This document shows positions 8,782 through 18,785 of a stretch of DNA of 64,000 bases, piece by piece; within the stretch, counting starts at the first letter, position 1; each line of letters begins with the position of its first letter. The stretch comes from an uncultured Alphaproteobacteria bacterium (GTDB lineage Bacteria > Pseudomonadota > Alphaproteobacteria > RF32 > CAG-239): contig CALXTM010000008.1 of the NCBI GenBank assembly GCA_944391415.1, forward strand, positions 2,092 to 66,091, written 5' to 3'. The notes under the pieces are model-generated. The model saw only the letters and a program-made list of their open reading frames with translations. It ran no database searches and was not told the DNA's origin. A program made the position numbers and the translations under genes.

Positions 8782-9848
8782 TAGAACTCTCCACGGAAAT
8801 AATCATTAAAAAATTCGTTCATTATCATATTATAATCTTCTTCGCCACGAATAATTTTGGCTACAAAAGAGCGCAATTTGTTTTTGGGTATATAAATTCT
8901 GAAATCCTTTGGCATGGCCATATTGGCACCTATCACGCCTTCAAGCCTAAAATCATCTTCGATAAACGGCGACAACAAAATATCAACATTGCAAAATTTA
9001 ATGGCCCCGCGCGGAGGCAAACGAAGCTCTGGCCTGGTAATAATATTTAGCTGGCCCTCTATACCTGATATAACTTCCATTTGATTGTAGTTGGAAAAAC
9101 GTACTTTGTTATATTCTCCTCCGTCGTTTAGAACTTCTACCGACAAAAACATCTCGCGAGCAATGACATTGGAAACATTTGCGCCCTGAATTTCAAAAGA
9201 AATTTTGACATATTGCTCAGGCGGATTGTCTATACTGTTGGGATAGAGCATATCTTCATCTTGATTTTCCAAAGCCTCAATGCTTTTGTTGGCAATCTTT
9301 AGCTCTATGTTGGGTTGCGGATAACGACCGAACATACCCGCAATAACCGCATATGGCGCCGGAACATTGTTGGAACCTGAGCGAATGTAAATTGCTGGGT
9401 TACTGGTGGTCATTAACGGTGCAACATCACTTTTGGGAATATAGGTGGCAACAAAGCCATCTCCGTTATCATCGGCACTGATGATATGGTTCCTTACCTT
9501 ATTGTGGCTCGGGATGGTGCAGCCTGAAATTGCGTTTTCCAGCCAGCTTAGAAAACGATGGACATTTTTTACCTTTACCTTGGCCTTGGCAACATCCCCT
9601 ATTTCGCAATCTCTGGAACACTCAACGCCCCAAATGATGACCCCTCCTTCGGAATTGCCAAAGCCCGATATTGCCTTGGACAAATTCTTGCGATCATCAC
9701 GATGAAGCGTATTAAAATTTTTGCCGTCTGAGGCTGCTTGTTTAAAGTCAATAAACAATTCTTCACTTTGGCGATTGATAATAAACTCATCTATGGCATC
9801 CTCACCAAAATAAACCAGTTTTTGAAAAATATCTTCAGCTCGTGACAT
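8781..9848 (-). CDS. Schlafen/AlbA_2 domain protein with unknown C-terminal domain
   Basis: [34 protein letters not shown]; TAATG stop/start overlap with rnhA. Confidence 0.8.
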   Translation of the reverse strand: MSRAEDIFQKLVYFGEDAIDEFIINRQSEELFIDFKQAASDGKNFNTLHRDDRKNLSKAISGFGNSEGGVIIWGVECSRDCEIGDVAKAKVKVKNVHRFLSWLENAISGCTIPSHNKVRNHIISADDNGDGFVATYIPKSDVAPLMTTSNPAIYIRSGSNNVPAPYAVIAGMFGRYPQPNIELKIANKSIEALENQDEDMLYPNSIDNPPEQYVKISFEIQGANVSNVIAREMFLSVEVLNDGGEYNKVRFSNYNQMEVISGIEGQLNIITRPELRLPPRGAIKFCNVDILLSPFIEDDFRLEGVIGANMAMPKDFRIYIPKNKLRSFVAKIIRGEEDYNMIMNEFFNDYFRGEF

Positions 9849-9864
9849 TATTTTCTCCGCAAAC

Positions 9865-9895
9865 TAAAATAACGGCATATCATGCCGTTATTTTA
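9865..9895. terminator. Hairpin/terminator between the M16 peptidase and AlbA_2 genes
   Basis: TAAAATAACGGCAT-ATC-ATGCCGTTATTTTA perfect 14-bp inverted repeat. Confidence 0.65.
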
Positions 9896-9919
9896 AGCAT
9901 ATAATCTTTAATATTTTAT

Positions 9920-11179
9920 TTATGCCAATGCTTTTTGCAAATCGTTATATTCCATGTATTTATCTACCGCTCCAAGCAAAGTATATGTCGGATTGGATGC
10001 AAAAACATCAATGGCGACATTGCGGATATCGTCAACACTAACAGCATCTATTTTACCGATTACTTCGTCTATGGTAAGACTGCGGTTATAGATTAAATTT
10101 TGACGAGCAAGAACCTCGGCCGTGGATGATGAACTTTCAAGTCCCATTTTGATACTGGCCTTAAGCTGCATCTTGGCACGAGAAAACTCTTTTTCACTTA
10201 CACGCTCATTGCAAATTTTTTTAATTTCATCAATTACAACCGGCATAAGAACAGGCAAATCTTCGGCCTCGGTTCCGGCGTAGATGCCAAACAAACCGGC
10301 ATGCGTATGCGAGGCCGTAAAACTGTATACAGAATAGACCAAGCCCCTTTTTTCTCTTATCTCTTGAAATAATCTTGAGGACATGCCGCCACCAAGTATC
10401 ATCGATAAAACCGCCAGGTCATAATAATGATCACTTTTATATGGATAGCCATTGAAGCCCAAAACGACATGACTTTGTTCAATGGGGCGTTTTTCAATGA
10501 AAAAGCCTCCTTGATAAGTTTGTTTTTCTATCGTGAAATTCGTTTTTTTATCAAATTTCAGCATCCGGCTTTTAACCATATTTACAAAATCTTGATGTTT
10601 TATGTTGCCTACGGCGCAAAAAACCATATTGTCTGCTCCGTAGTTGGTGTTGATGTAATTTAAAAGTGTGTTTTTTGTAAAATTACGAACGGTGTCTTGC
10701 GGTCCGAGAATAGAACGACCCAAGGCCTGATCGGGGAAAGCTGTCTCTTGAAAATAATCAAAAACAATATCATCGGGAGTATCTATGGTTTGTTTGATTT
10801 CTTGAATAACGACATCTCGCTCCTTAACCAACTCTTCCTCGGGAAAGGTTGAATTAAGCAAAGAATCGGTAATGACATCTACGGCAAGCTCGGCATCTTC
10901 TTTCATCATCTTGGCATAGTAGGCCGTAAACTCTCTTGAAGTATAGGCGTTTGATTGTCCACCGACGTTCTCAATCTCTTCCGAGATTTGAAGTGCCGTA
11001 CGCGTATTGGTCCCCTTAAACGACATATGCTCCAAAAAATGAGAAATACCGTTGTTTTGCTTGGTCTCATAGGCGGAGCCGGTTTTAACCCAAGCACCTA
11101 AAGAAACCGTCTCAAGTTGAGGCCGCTCTGAGGTAATTATTCTTAAACCATTGGATAAAGTTGTTATTTCGGAATTCAT
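9920..11179 (-). CDS. M16 family (pitrilysin/MPP-like) zinc peptidase
   Basis: GISHFLEHMSFKGT (HxxEH), NAYTSRE, GGGMSSRLFQEIREKRGLVY. Confidence 0.95.
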   Translation of the reverse strand: MNSEITTLSNGLRIITSERPQLETVSLGAWVKTGSAYETKQNNGISHFLEHMSFKGTNTRTALQISEEIENVGGQSNAYTSREFTAYYAKMMKEDAELAVDVITDSLLNSTFPEEELVKERDVVIQEIKQTIDTPDDIVFDYFQETAFPDQALGRSILGPQDTVRNFTKNTLLNYINTNYGADNMVFCAVGNIKHQDFVNMVKSRMLKFDKKTNFTIEKQTYQGGFFIEKRPIEQSHVVLGFNGYPYKSDHYYDLAVLSMILGGGMSSRLFQEIREKRGLVYSVYSFTASHTHAGLFGIYAGTEAEDLPVLMPVVIDEIKKICNERVSEKEFSRAKMQLKASIKMGLESSSSTAEVLARQNLIYNRSLTIDEVIGKIDAVSVDDIRNVAIDVFASNPTYTLLGAVDKYMEYNDLQKALA

Positions 11180-11200
11180 TTGATTTCGTCCTATATAATG

Positions 11201-12286
11201 TTATGCCGTTTTTAGTGCCGTATTGATAGCCCTTTTGGCCGAGTTAAACGCTGTTTCCATGCAGCAAGGATAGTCCTTCATGCTCCAATCCCCGGCAACA
11301 AATACATTGGGATATTGGCTGAATGCATTGTCCGGGCGGTGCGAATTGTTAATAATATCTTGTTTGATAGTGGCGTTTTTGATGCAAACGGCCTTAAATG
11401 CAGGCATAAACGCCGAATTAACACCTCTTATTTTGTCAATCTCTCCCCATATTTTGATGGCTAAATGCGACAAATTATCTTGCTCCGGTATATAATCAGA
11501 AATAACCGCCGTTAACAAATTAGAGTTGCTAAACAGCCAATCAAAACTGCCTCCTTTTACACCTATAAACGAGCTTCCTTGCGGTAAAAATATAGTTTGA
11601 GAGGTCTGATATATTATATTTACTATTGCGTTATGCTCAAGCGGAATCGTGTGCAAAATTTTGCTACAATTTAAATTATCCAAAGCCAAAATTATCTTAT
11701 CATTAGCCCCAATATCAACCTGATGACTGCCAAAATCTAACTGCGCCGCCATTCCGAACTGGCTGATTATTTTGTGGAGTTTGTGTCGAAGGCAGACCTC
11801 ATCGGCATAGCCAGATAACACATTTATAATTCGCTGGCTTAGGTTTTGCTCGGAAAACCATACTCTGCGTTTTGCAGGAGTAAACGGGAAAAACGAGCGC
11901 AATATCTTGCGCTTTATTTGCGGTGCGACATCTTTGGATGCTGTATTGCAAAAACTCTTTAAGAGCAAATCTTGATTGGCATAAACAGAACCATCAATTT
12001 GCCCCGAAGTGATATCAAAAAACAGCGGTGATTTTTTCCATTCACTTTTTTTTACAAAACGAGACATAAAACTGTTGGCTCCGACAACCGCATGCAACGA
12101 ATTGTCCAAAACGCGAGAAAGAGTTTTGTCCTGATACGAATAGGCCCGGCCACCCAAATGATCTCCTGCTTCATAAATAACCGAGCGAATAGCCGGATGT
12201 TTTTCCTTTAGCAACCAGGCACAGGCAAGTCCGGCTATGCCGCCGCCGACAATATGATAGGTTACGGCAGATACGGCGTTCATCAT
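11201..12286 (-). CDS. hpnE: Hydroxysqualene dehydroxylase-like FAD oxidoreductase
   Basis: GGGIAGLA dinucleotide motif, LGGRAYS, AGDW...PCCMETA; follows hpnC-hpnD; start trimmed to the TAATG overlap. Confidence 0.75.
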   Translation of the reverse strand: MMNAVSAVTYHIVGGGIAGLACAWLLKEKHPAIRSVIYEAGDHLGGRAYSYQDKTLSRVLDNSLHAVVGANSFMSRFVKKSEWKKSPLFFDITSGQIDGSVYANQDLLLKSFCNTASKDVAPQIKRKILRSFFPFTPAKRRVWFSEQNLSQRIINVLSGYADEVCLRHKLHKIISQFGMAAQLDFGSHQVDIGANDKIILALDNLNCSKILHTIPLEHNAIVNIIYQTSQTIFLPQGSSFIGVKGGSFDWLFSNSNLLTAVISDYIPEQDNLSHLAIKIWGEIDKIRGVNSAFMPAFKAVCIKNATIKQDIINNSHRPDNAFSQYPNVFVAGDWSMKDYPCCMETAFNSAKRAINTALKTA

Positions 12287-13122
12287 TATTTCCCCAAAAA
12301 GGCTCTCACTATAAGCAAGGCTTTGGCAAAACGCCCTATTTTCGGTTTGGGAGAAATGACCTCCCAACCACGATTTTGCATAATATCAAAATATTTTTTA
12401 TAGATATAGGCAATGGCACGAATATTGCGCGATGATTTTTTATCTAATTTATTGATCAAAGCAAAGGCCTTGTCATAATTATCCTCGGCCACTCTTGAAA
12501 GCTCTTCTCTGGCAATGGCAAGATTTTTGTCAACGACAACACTCATCGGATCAGTCGAAGTAATTCCGGCTTTTTGCAAAAACTCTCGTGGAATGTAAAG
12601 CCGGCCCAAAACGGCATCATCCCTTACATCTCGTAAAATATTGGTTATTTGCATTGCCAGGCCTAAGGATATCGAAAGCTCTTTGATTAAGTTCTCGTCT
12701 TTGCAGCCCAAAATCCTTAAAGACAAAGCACCTGGAGCACAAGCCACTCCCAAGCAATAGCGTTTAAATTCAGCAAGACTTGGTGCTTGGATAGGGTTGG
12801 GCAAATCCATCGATATGCTATCTAACAAATCTAACAATTCTTGTTTGGGAAGATTAAAACGCATACAATTTTTGTAAATATTACGACCAATTTCCGAGGC
12901 TGGAACTTTTTTGTCATAGATATTATCTATTTCCTTGCGCCAGGCAGCCAAAAACTCTGTCTTGTGCGTTAGGCTCTCGTCACTGTCAACAATATCATCA
13001 ATATGCCGACAAAAGGCATATAGCGTGTATATGGCCTGGCGCTCTTTGGTTGGCAAAATATGCATTCCCCAAAAGAAGGAAGAGCCTGATTTCTTGACAA
13101 TTTTATTTATCAATTTATTCAT
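12286..13122 (-). CDS. hpnD: Presqualene diphosphate synthase
   Basis: SGSSFFWGM, YAFCRHIDDIVD, MQITNILRDVRDD, GRLYIP. Confidence 0.88.
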   Translation of the reverse strand: MNKLINKIVKKSGSSFFWGMHILPTKERQAIYTLYAFCRHIDDIVDSDESLTHKTEFLAAWRKEIDNIYDKKVPASEIGRNIYKNCMRFNLPKQELLDLLDSISMDLPNPIQAPSLAEFKRYCLGVACAPGALSLRILGCKDENLIKELSISLGLAMQITNILRDVRDDAVLGRLYIPREFLQKAGITSTDPMSVVVDKNLAIAREELSRVAEDNYDKAFALINKLDKKSSRNIRAIAYIYKKYFDIMQNRGWEVISPKPKIGRFAKALLIVRAFLGK

Positions 13123-13143
13123 AAAAACAAGTCCTTTGAATAT

Positions 13144-13962
13144 CTATCTGCGAAATAATGCACGCCACAGGCCGACTATAATACTCTTCATCCAAGTCCA
13201 CTTATCAGGCCGCGGGGGATTTTGCAGAATATCCCTATTTTTACATTGTTTTAACACAGAATTAGTTAAGGAAAGAATAACGCAGACCTCAAAACGCAAT
13301 CTAAAATTTTTGATAAGCCGCGGCAAGACTTGTGCATCGGCCAACATTGCCGAGGTTTTTGCCGCCAAATCATGCAAAAGGTTTATAACTTCGACAGAGC
13401 TGTAACTTAGGCCAAAATCACTTGTTTTAAGCCCATGGCTTTGTATCATATCAAGCGGAATGTAGCAACGCTTTAACCAACTTAAATCGTCTTTGATATG
13501 CCCAAGATGATTTAATATTTGCAAAACAATACATAAATTTTCACCCGGCAAATAGGTCATCGGATGTTCTTGGTAAAGAGCCAACATAAACCGCCCTACC
13601 GGCGCTGCCGAATAACGACAATATTGTATCAATTCTTGAAAAACGCGTATTGAAGAAAAGTCAGAATCTTGCTCAAAAGCTCTTAGAAGATCAAGATACA
13701 AGGACCGATCGAGATTGTGAGCAACAAAAATGCTGCTAAGCTTGCGAATTATCGGCAAATTGTCTGCCTGGTCTGGATGTAAAAAAGCTTGCCGAACGGC
13801 TTCCAGCTTTTGTAATTTGTCCTGAGAGGATATAAACGGATTATCTGCAACATCGTCGGCAAAACGAGCAGCTGTATAATATGTTGCAATTGCCGTTCTG
13901 AGCTCTCCTGAGGCAAGAAAACACACCGGAAAATCTTCGTCTTTATCTGTTTTATGCATCAT
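13144..13962 (-). CDS. hpnC: Squalene synthase HpnC-like
   Basis: EDFPV, ARFADDVAD, AFEQD, YCRYSAAPVGR. Confidence 0.8.
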   Translation of the reverse strand: MMHKTDKDEDFPVCFLASGELRTAIATYYTAARFADDVADNPFISSQDKLQKLEAVRQAFLHPDQADNLPIIRKLSSIFVAHNLDRSLYLDLLRAFEQDSDFSSIRVFQELIQYCRYSAAPVGRFMLALYQEHPMTYLPGENLCIVLQILNHLGHIKDDLSWLKRCYIPLDMIQSHGLKTSDFGLSYSSVEVINLLHDLAAKTSAMLADAQVLPRLIKNFRLRFEVCVILSLTNSVLKQCKNRDILQNPPRPDKWTWMKSIIVGLWRALFRR

Positions 13963-15323
13963 TATGCTTTAGGCCTTATTTGTTCAATCCACGGCAAGAT
14001 ATCGGCCAGAGCACGACGGCAATATGCCTCTTTGCGCTCGCGTCCTTTAATCTTCCTGAGCTTACCATTGGATGTAGTTTCACAATTTATGATTGGGAAA
14101 AGCCCAAAATTGACATTCATCGGCTGATAATTATTAATATCGGTATCATCGCGTAAATGTTGCCAAACAGCCCCGAAAGCAGTTGTCGACGGAGGAATGG
14201 CTACCGGCTTGTCGCAAAGCAGGCAGGCCTTAAAATAACCGGCCAAATAGCCAACGGCGGCACTTTCAACATAGCCTTCACAACCGGTAATTTGCCCCGC
14301 AAATGAAATATGTGGTTTGCTTTTCAGGCGCAAATAGTCATCAAGCAAAATCGGTGATTTGATAAAAGTGTTTTTATGAATACCGCCAAGCCTGGCAAAG
14401 ACAGCATTTTCAAGTCCGGGAATGGTGCGAAAAATCTTTTCTTGCTCGCCATATTTCATTTTGGTTTGGAAACCGACAATATTGCGCAATGTATCTTCTT
14501 TATTGTCTTGACGCAACTGAACAACCGAATAGGGTTTTTGCGCTGGATTATGCGGGTTGGTTAACCCGACCGGCTTCATGGGCCCGAAAAGCAATGTATC
14601 CTTGCCACGCATGGCCATGACCTCTATCGGAAGACATCCGTCAAAATATGCTTCTTTTTCAAAATCATGAAATTCCTTTTGCTCAGAATTGCACAAAGCC
14701 TCAACAAACGAATAATATTGCTCTTTGGTCAGCGGGCAATTGATATAATCGAATTTTTCGCCTTTGTCATAGCGAGATTGATACCAGGCTATGCTAAAAT
14801 CTATGCTGTCTTTATAAACTACCGGTGCAATAGCATCAAAAAAATTGAGGCTGTTGGGTCCGATCTCTTGTTGGATACTTGCAGTTAGACGCTCGGAGGC
14901 CAATGGGCCTGCGGCAATAATCGTCTGACAATCGGAGGGTGGAAGCGAGGTAACCTCTTCGGCCACAAATTCAATTAACGGATGAGCGTGCAGTTTAGCA
15001 TCAATATATTCCGAAAAGCCACATCGATCAACAGCCAATGCGCCACCGGCCGGTACTTTGGTCGCGTCGGCTGCCTCCATAATCAGAGATGAGGCAAGCC
15101 GCATTTCTTGATGCAAAAGCCCGATTGCGCTATTAGTATAATCATCCGAACGCAAAGAGTTTGAGCATACCAACTCGGCACATTTGGCTGTTTTATGCGC
15201 CGGTGAGCTTTTAAGCGGACGCATTTCATGAATTATTGCCTTTATTCCTCTTGAAGCCAACTGCCAAGCCGCCTCGGAACCGGCAAGCCCCGCCCCTATT
15301 ATATGAATAACTTTATCTTGCAT
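13962..15323 (-). CDS. trmFO: Folate/FAD-dependent tRNA U54 methyltransferase
   Basis: GAGLAGSEAAWQ, AELVCSNS, FFDAIAP, AGQITGCEGYVESAA, QPMNVNFGL. Confidence 0.97.
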   Translation of the reverse strand: MQDKVIHIIGAGLAGSEAAWQLASRGIKAIIHEMRPLKSSPAHKTAKCAELVCSNSLRSDDYTNSAIGLLHQEMRLASSLIMEAADATKVPAGGALAVDRCGFSEYIDAKLHAHPLIEFVAEEVTSLPPSDCQTIIAAGPLASERLTASIQQEIGPNSLNFFDAIAPVVYKDSIDFSIAWYQSRYDKGEKFDYINCPLTKEQYYSFVEALCNSEQKEFHDFEKEAYFDGCLPIEVMAMRGKDTLLFGPMKPVGLTNPHNPAQKPYSVVQLRQDNKEDTLRNIVGFQTKMKYGEQEKIFRTIPGLENAVFARLGGIHKNTFIKSPILLDDYLRLKSKPHISFAGQITGCEGYVESAAVGYLAGYFKACLLCDKPVAIPPSTTAFGAVWQHLRDDTDINNYQPMNVNFGLFPIINCETTSNGKLRKIKGRERKEAYCRRALADILPWIEQIRPKA

Positions 15324-15476
15324 AGACAAATCTTACATCAAAACATTAACAAATGTTGCTTTTATAACGTTTTTTATCATAAAAGTAAATAAAAACTTCC
15401 GTTTATAAGTCGTGCATAATGTTTGCGTTTGTAAATAAAAAAATTTATAATCGGGAAAGTTAAAATATGAAAGGGA

Positions 15477-16640
15477 TTGTTGATGACCTCTTTGAGGTAT
15501 CTGATTTTGATTGTGGTTATGTTGTTTGGAGCCGTCTCAGCTTTGGCCAGCGAAGATCCGGAGGAATATCCGTTTGCCGATGATTTTTCGTTTGATGATT
15601 TGCCGGATATCGAATTGCCAAATGACGAACAACAAGCTCAAGCCCCTGATGTTGACAATATATCGACCACCAAGCAACAATCATTACAAGATAACTCGCC
15701 AAATCTGTTGCCTTCGACACAATATCTTCCGGCCTCCGGTAAAGTATCGGCCGCCGAAAAAAATGTTGAGGCCGCAGATGTGGTAAAAATGCCGACCAAG
15801 CGCGATGAGGCAGTAGAAAGCTCTGCTTCAACGGGTAAAAGTCTGACCGAGACCCTAAAAGAAGATGCCGAGAAAACCGGCAAAAATTTGATTGAAGGTA
15901 CTTGGGTCGAAAAATTAACCTCGTCAAATCCTCTGTCTTTATTGGAGCTAAAAACTTATGACGATGATTCAGCAGACAGCGATGATGACGAACTCGAAAG
16001 TTTGGTTAAAACCTCACGCAACAAAGAAAAGACCGGCAGATCGAATGCATCGGTGTTTGATATTGCCGGAGTTATGTTGCGAATGAGTTTGCAACAAACC
16101 GAAAGAACTCTCCAAAATCGTGGTTTTCGTAAAATAAATGCAAAATTTCAGATTCCCAATTTTATTAAATGGAGAAACGAGGAGACTTGTCGAAGCGAGG
16201 GGGTCGTCGGTTATGAACGGCTGGAGGCATGTGTAATAAACAAATCCAAAAAAGGCGGATATCAGTATCTGCAAATGTTGGAGTATGCCAAATTTGATTC
16301 AAAAGAGGAAATAGAAATTTATTTTACCAGCAATTTTACTCAAAACAAAGTTTATAAAATCGTATACCGCTCAAGAATCGCATCAATTACCGGAAATTCA
16401 CCCAAAGCCGTATATATCCGCAATGTGAAAATTTATGATTTCTGGAAAAAAATTAATCAGAAATATGGGCAACCCGACAACAAAACGACCGTTACCTGGG
16501 GCATGGGCGGAAACAAGCCTTATCTAAAAGCCTCAACCGGATATCTGCTGTTGGAGGACCCGATGTTCAGAGAAATGGACTATACCCGCATGTCTCGTGA
16601 AGATCAGCGATTCATTAACAGTGATTTTTATAATTTTTAA
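15477..16640 (+). CDS. Exported hypothetical protein
   Basis: Signal peptide (..AVSALA-SED), acidic low-complexity N-half, globular C-half starting FDIAGVMLRMS. Confidence 0.75.
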   Translation: MLMTSLRYLILIVVMLFGAVSALASEDPEEYPFADDFSFDDLPDIELPNDEQQAQAPDVDNISTTKQQSLQDNSPNLLPSTQYLPASGKVSAAEKNVEAADVVKMPTKRDEAVESSASTGKSLTETLKEDAEKTGKNLIEGTWVEKLTSSNPLSLLELKTYDDDSADSDDDELESLVKTSRNKEKTGRSNASVFDIAGVMLRMSLQQTERTLQNRGFRKINAKFQIPNFIKWRNEETCRSEGVVGYERLEACVINKSKKGGYQYLQMLEYAKFDSKEEIEIYFTSNFTQNKVYKIVYRSRIASITGNSPKAVYIRNVKIYDFWKKINQKYGQPDNKTTVTWGMGGNKPYLKASTGYLLLEDPMFREMDYTRMSREDQRFINSDFYNF

Positions 16641-16690
16641 ATCTTTGGTGTTTAGAATAGCTGTCATGTTGTGAATTTTTTGGGGAATCT

Positions 16691-17299
16691 ATGATGAATA
16701 ACAATCTGATTACTGAATTGGTTTGCACTCGCATAAGTCATGATATTATTGGAAATATCGGTGCAGTGGCCAATGCTGTCGAACTTTTGGAAGAAGGCGA
16801 CTTGGATTTTTTGGACGATATCAAATCAATCCTTAAAAACAGCTCGCAGACTTTGACCGCCAGAATGAAATTTTTTAGAATGGCCTTCGGAATTGATAAT
16901 AACAATTTGGAAGATAAAAAATTGGTAGAAAATATGGCCAGAGATTATCTTAAAACCATTGGCAACAAAGATTTTCCTATTGGCCTTTCGTTTGATGTGC
17001 AATCAACCAAGGGGTGTAAGCCTGCTTTGCTGATGATTATGATATTGGCTGATTTGCTGATAAGAGGCGGAGACATCAAGGTTGAAGAGCAAAAAGGAGC
17101 AATTACGGCAAGCATTGAGACAACGGCAAAAATATCAACAGATAAGTTGCAAAAACTGGAAAATGCCGTATACAATAAAATTTGGGAGGCAGACGCCGGA
17201 ATGGCTCCTTTTTATGACCTGCTTAACCTTTGCTCTCCGGCTAAAATAAATTTGCGTAAAGATGAGCAAAAAATAGAACTTGTAACTGATATGGAATAA
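16691..17299 (+). CDS. chpT: Histidine phosphotransferase ChpT
   Basis: ELVCTRISHDIIGNIGAVANAVELLEE, ARMKFFRMAFG. Confidence 0.88.
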   Translation: MMNNNLITELVCTRISHDIIGNIGAVANAVELLEEGDLDFLDDIKSILKNSSQTLTARMKFFRMAFGIDNNNLEDKKLVENMARDYLKTIGNKDFPIGLSFDVQSTKGCKPALLMIMILADLLIRGGDIKVEEQKGAITASIETTAKISTDKLQKLENAVYNKIWEADAGMAPFYDLLNLCSPAKINLRKDEQKIELVTDME

Positions 17300-17303
17300 C
17301 GAA

Positions 17304-17681
17304 ATGTCAAGCTGTTTGATTGCCGACGATTCTAAAATTATGCGGATGTTGCTGTCCAAAATCATGAGTAATTTCGGGTATGTGGTTACCGAGGCGGAAG
17401 ATGGCGAAGACTTGCTGGAACAATGTGCGCAAAATATGCCTGATTTAATAATCAGTGACTGGAATTTACCGCTGATGGACGGAATTGATATTTTGTATAA
17501 AATCCGCTCAGATAAAAAAATAAAACAGCCGATTTTCTTTTTTTGCTCTTACATTAAAGATGTAAACATAATATCTCAGGCTATCAAAGGCGGAGCCGAT
17601 GACTTTATTATGCGGCCTTTTGATGAAGATATAATTGCCTCAAAACTAAAAATCATTAAAGTTTTACGGGAGGCAAAATAA
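17304..17681 (+). CDS. cheY: Single-domain response regulator (CheY-like)
   Basis: CLIADDS, SDWNLPLMDG, GADDFIMRPFD. Confidence 0.75.
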   Translation: MSSCLIADDSKIMRMLLSKIMSNFGYVVTEAEDGEDLLEQCAQNMPDLIISDWNLPLMDGIDILYKIRSDKKIKQPIFFFCSYIKDVNIISQAIKGGADDFIMRPFDEDIIASKLKIIKVLREAK

Positions 17682-18589
17682 TGCGGCGACAAGATTTTGA
17701 ATTTTTGCTTGATTTGTTGAAACAAAATGCCGGTTGGGAATTTGACGAATCACAATATTTTATTATTGATAAAAAAATATCTAATTTTATCAGAACAAAA
17801 GATTATAACACGGTGGAAGATCTGATTATGGATCTTAAAACAGGGAAAAAATCTCTTGTTTCTCAGGTAGTAGAGGCTATGGCCTTTTCTGATACGTCAT
17901 TTTTTAGAGATTTTGATGTTTTTTATAAATTTCAAAAAAATTTGCTGCCGGAACTTAAAGAAAAATGTCGAGCCACCAAAAAACTTAACATCTGGAGCTT
18001 GGGGTGCTCAACCGGGCAAGAAGCTTATTCTGCCGCAATTGCCATTAACAGAGCCGATAAAATGTTTGCCGACTGGGAAATCAATATCTTGGGATCGGAT
18101 CTGTCGTCATTGTCTATTAGTAGAGCACAGCATGGCTTATATAATACGTTTGAAATTCAAACCGGGCTCAATGCCGCAACAATACTAAAATATTTTACGC
18201 CTCAAGATGATCAATGGCTGATTAACGAAAATATCAGGCAAATGATTGAATTCAGACGTTATAATGTTTTGGATGAGGCTATTGTAAAATCAAAATTTGA
18301 GGTCGTATTTTGTCGCAATGTTTTGAGGTATTTTGCTGCCGAACATCAAGATGAAATTTTGCAACGTATATGCGCCAATCAGCCACAAGGCGGGTATTTG
18401 TATTTGGGCAAAAACGAATATATACCGATGATTGAAAAATATTACTACCGCTTGGACGAAAAGACAGGTGCTTATATTGCCAGAGGTAATCCAAACACTC
18501 TTAATATAAATACTGACCAACCAGCCAATACTGCATCTACCAAGCCTGTCATGCCAAGCTTTATCAGACCAAATAATTTAATAAAATGA
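17681..18589 (+). CDS. cheR: Chemotaxis protein-glutamate methyltransferase
   Basis: TSFFRD, IWSLGCSTGQEAYS, FCRNVLRYF, GGYLYLG. Confidence 0.9.
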   Translation: MRRQDFEFLLDLLKQNAGWEFDESQYFIIDKKISNFIRTKDYNTVEDLIMDLKTGKKSLVSQVVEAMAFSDTSFFRDFDVFYKFQKNLLPELKEKCRATKKLNIWSLGCSTGQEAYSAAIAINRADKMFADWEINILGSDLSSLSISRAQHGLYNTFEIQTGLNAATILKYFTPQDDQWLINENIRQMIEFRRYNVLDEAIVKSKFEVVFCRNVLRYFAAEHQDEILQRICANQPQGGYLYLGKNEYIPMIEKYYYRLDEKTGAYIARGNPNTLNINTDQPANTASTKPVMPSFIRPNNLIK

Positions 18590-18722
18590 ACCTCCACCGG
18601 CTAATGCAAGTGGTATTACCTGTTCCGAACTACGTTCGCCCTGCCCAAAGGCTTCGCAAGCCTAACGGCTGGGCAGGTATGTCTACATCTACCTGCTTAC
18701 GCAGGTAGTGTTACGTTCGAAT
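18590..18722. repeat. Palindrome-rich intergenic element, possibly an IS200/IS605-derived or REP-like miniature element
   Basis: Hairpins CCAC..GTGG, CTGCCCA..TGGGCAG enclosing AGGCTT-CGC-AAGCCT, and CTACCTGC-TTAC-GCAGGTAG; GC-richer than typical spacers. Confidence 0.4.
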
Positions 18723-18724
18723 CA

Positions 18725-18763
18725 TAAAAAACTAAGGCTCTATTCAAGAGCCTTAGTTTTTTA
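18725..18763. terminator. Bidirectional terminator between cheR and the Cys-rich gene
   Basis: TAAAAAACTAAGGCTCT-ATTCA-AGAGCCTTAGTTTTTTA. Confidence 0.85.
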
Positions 18764-18785
18764 GAAGAATTGATAGCGTTGCGAC

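Noticed and set aside
18680-18688. TGTCTACAT matching the loop region of RNA copy 1 (potential antisense target on the minus strand)
   Set aside because: A 9-nt match is plausible by chance in 64 kb, and the second box (CTCACAAA) is absent
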